A DNA stretch of 63,733 nt, filler included, from Cercozoa sp. M6MM (Eukaryota > Protista > Endomyxa: Ascetosporea): NCBI GenBank assembly GCA_040357565.1. It is 9 parts of 9 records of this genome, joined end to end, with 100 filler letters (N's around TTAATTAATTAA, not from the genome) between each part and the next. Parts side by side here need not be neighbours in the genome. Positions count along the whole stretch, not along the records: positions 58,633 to 63,733 come from JBDODJ010000978.1; 8 more parts are not named here. The stretch is one strand, 5' to 3'. Shown in pieces: positions 61,798 to 63,733 of the stretch. The position numbers and the translations under genes are program-made. Positions within the stretch are counted from its first letter, which is position 1. Each line of letters begins with the position of its first letter. Under the pieces are notes generated by a model. That model was not told the origin of the DNA and made no database searches. It was given only the letters and a program-made list of their open reading frames with translations.

Positions 61798-62453
61798 ATG
61801 GACCTGCTACTGGAAGATGTGTTTGAGGTGACGGCGGTCGACTCACAGGGCAAGAAGTTCGACAAGGTCTCGCGACTCGATTGCCGCGGCACTGGCTTCC
61901 AGATGACGCTTCGATTGGTTTGTTTTGTTTTTAGATCCATATGATCAATCGAATATCCGAGAACTGTTTTTTTAAACTCGTTTGTCTGCTTCTCGGTAGG
62001 ACGTCAACACGGATTTGTTTGAAGCCGATGTGCAGGACCAGTTCCGTCTCAGAATTTGCAAGGTGCTTTAGTGTTGGCACTGTCCGCGTGTTTGTGTTGC
62101 AGCAATTTTTGTTGGCAGGCAGTGGACGTGAACTTCGATCAGATGTCGACCAGTGAATTCGCCGGCTTTGACTACGTCATGTACGTCTTTAGAGTCAAAA
62201 TCATTGTCCATGTGGACTCATTGTGGCCTTGTGTGCAGGTACGGCAAGATCTTCAAGATCGACGCTGCCAGCGACAACCAATTGTACCTGTCAGATACGC
62301 GATTGTGCCCTGTGTGTCGATGGTGTGTTTGTTTGTCGCAGCGAGGTCTACGTTTCGTTCGGCGGTCTGCTGCTGCTGCTGAAGGGCGAGGCACAGCACG
62401 TTCGCAAATTGCCGCTCGACCAGCGCGTGTTCCTGTGTGTCAAGCGGTCTTAA
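61798..62453 (+). CDS. POLR2H: RNA polymerase I/II/III common subunit RPB8
   Basis: LLEDVFEV..D..GKKFDKVSRL, L|DVNTDLF, FDYVM|YGKIFK, VYVSFGGLLLLLKGE. Confidence 0.96.
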
Positions 62454-62628
62454 CTGATCGTCCAGTCCGTCGGCGTCCTCGCGAGCTCACATTAATCCAT
62501 GTTTCGTTTGAGTCGTGCTATATAGTACTATACTGCAAAAGTCACTGGCAGTGCAACACTAGATCGTCGTGCACATAGAGGGCAGAGGCATCGCAAGTGT
62601 CTGTAGAGCGTGAAGCGGTGTTGGCAGT

Positions 62629-63733
62629 CTAGGGCTGCGACACAGGCGGCGGCGGACGCGTCGGCGGAGGAGGGCGCACCACGGCGTCGCTGCTGTGTGT
62701 GAGCACATAGACATCCTCTGTTGGTGTCCCTCTGAGTATACCCTCTGTATACACTCAGCCCCGAAGTTACCTGGCAGGCAGCGGGCGCACCGACACACTG
62801 CGACTGCGACGGACCGAGACGCTGCGGCTGCGGCTCTTGCTGCGACTCTTGCTGCGGCTACGAGGGGCCTTGCTCTTGCTCTTGCTGCGGCTGCGAGGAC
62901 GACTCTTGCTGCGGTTGCCCTTGCGTGCACGACGGCTGCGACTGCGACTACGGCCAGCGTGGCGGCGGCGGCGACTGCGACTGCGCGAGCGACTACGGCG
63001 ACGGCGGCTGCGGTCGCGGCTGCGGCGACGGCGACGGTGGCCGCGACTGCGACTGCGCGAGCGACTGCGGCGACGGCGGCTGCGACTACGCATGCGCAGA
63101 GGTATGGTATATCGTGTAGATACAAAGTAAATATACATAGTATATATATATACATAGTAATACATACATATATACTATATATATATATATATGTATATAC
63201 AGATATACAGTATCTATATCGTATATAGTGTAGATATAGCACATACACGACATAATCTTTAAGTACAAATAGCGTAGGTATAATATCTCATAGAGACAAA
63301 GTAAATCTCAGATGTAGTATATTATATAGTACAGATACACATATAGATATGTGCAGTATAGACAATACAAAGCAGGAGGGAAGGGAAGGAGGTACGATCG
63401 ACGACGTCGGTGGCGGTCGTTGCGGCTGCGGCTACGACTGTCAGCACGGGTATAAGGGAGTATATTGGGTATATGGTATAGGGTAAAGGGTATATGGTAT
63501 AGGGTACGGGGTAAGGATATAGGGTACGGTGTATAGGATATAGGGTATATGGGGTATATGGGTATGGGAGAGAGGTACGATCGGCGACGACGACGCGACG
63601 AACGCTTCGGACGAACCGGACTGGACAGGCAGCGAGTAAGGGGGCATGGGTAAAGAGGAGAGGGCAAAGGTACGAGCGCGACTTGCTGGCAAGCACGCGA
63701 CCGAACTTGTCGCGACGCACCGGACTAACAATG
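62629..63733 (-). CDS. Arg/Ser-rich (RS domain) protein, 3' fragment
   Basis: Exons RRDKFGRVLASKSRS, SRSRNDRHRRRRS and a long (RS)n exon, separated by TA/CCCTAT-rich introns. Confidence 0.7.

Overview
Gene-dense, intron-rich nuclear DNA of a eukaryote, probably a protist. The genetic code appears standard and introns are short GT-AG, mostly about 50-100 bp. The window is not contiguous: eight artificial N44-TTAATTAATTAA-N44 spacers join nine contigs/scaffolds, and two further plain 100-N gaps occur, so neighbourhoods across spacers carry no meaning. About 30 spliced genes or gene fragments can be read: NSDHL-like 3-beta-HSD, an ankyrin protein, lipoyl synthase, subtilisin, RPL7, squalene epoxidase, Rac, an RBR E3 ligase, a MAPK, ADC synthase, the acetyl-CoA transporter, a Tudor-knot protein, Prp43, an EF-hand protein, RuvBL1, SURF1, uL4m, RBM39, UPF2, ThrRS, PPAN, GDH, a CCCH protein, DCP2, a PDE, a Skp1 fusion, RPB8 and an RS protein. 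The strongest unexplained signal is a highly iterated 10-bp palindrome, TCCGCGCGGA (extended consensus YN-TCCGCGCGGA-NR). I counted 15 exact copies by eye against about 0.1 expected. They lie in exons in all three frames, in AT-rich introns and in intergenic DNA, recalling cyanobacterial HIP1 but in a eukaryote. Two of them sit at the end of a shared ~400-bp dispersed element. Other leads: a candidate intronic C/D snoRNA in RPL7, a GDH lacking its catalytic Lys, a Skp1 domain fused behind an F-box-like motif, and strand-polarised telomere-like C-rich introns.
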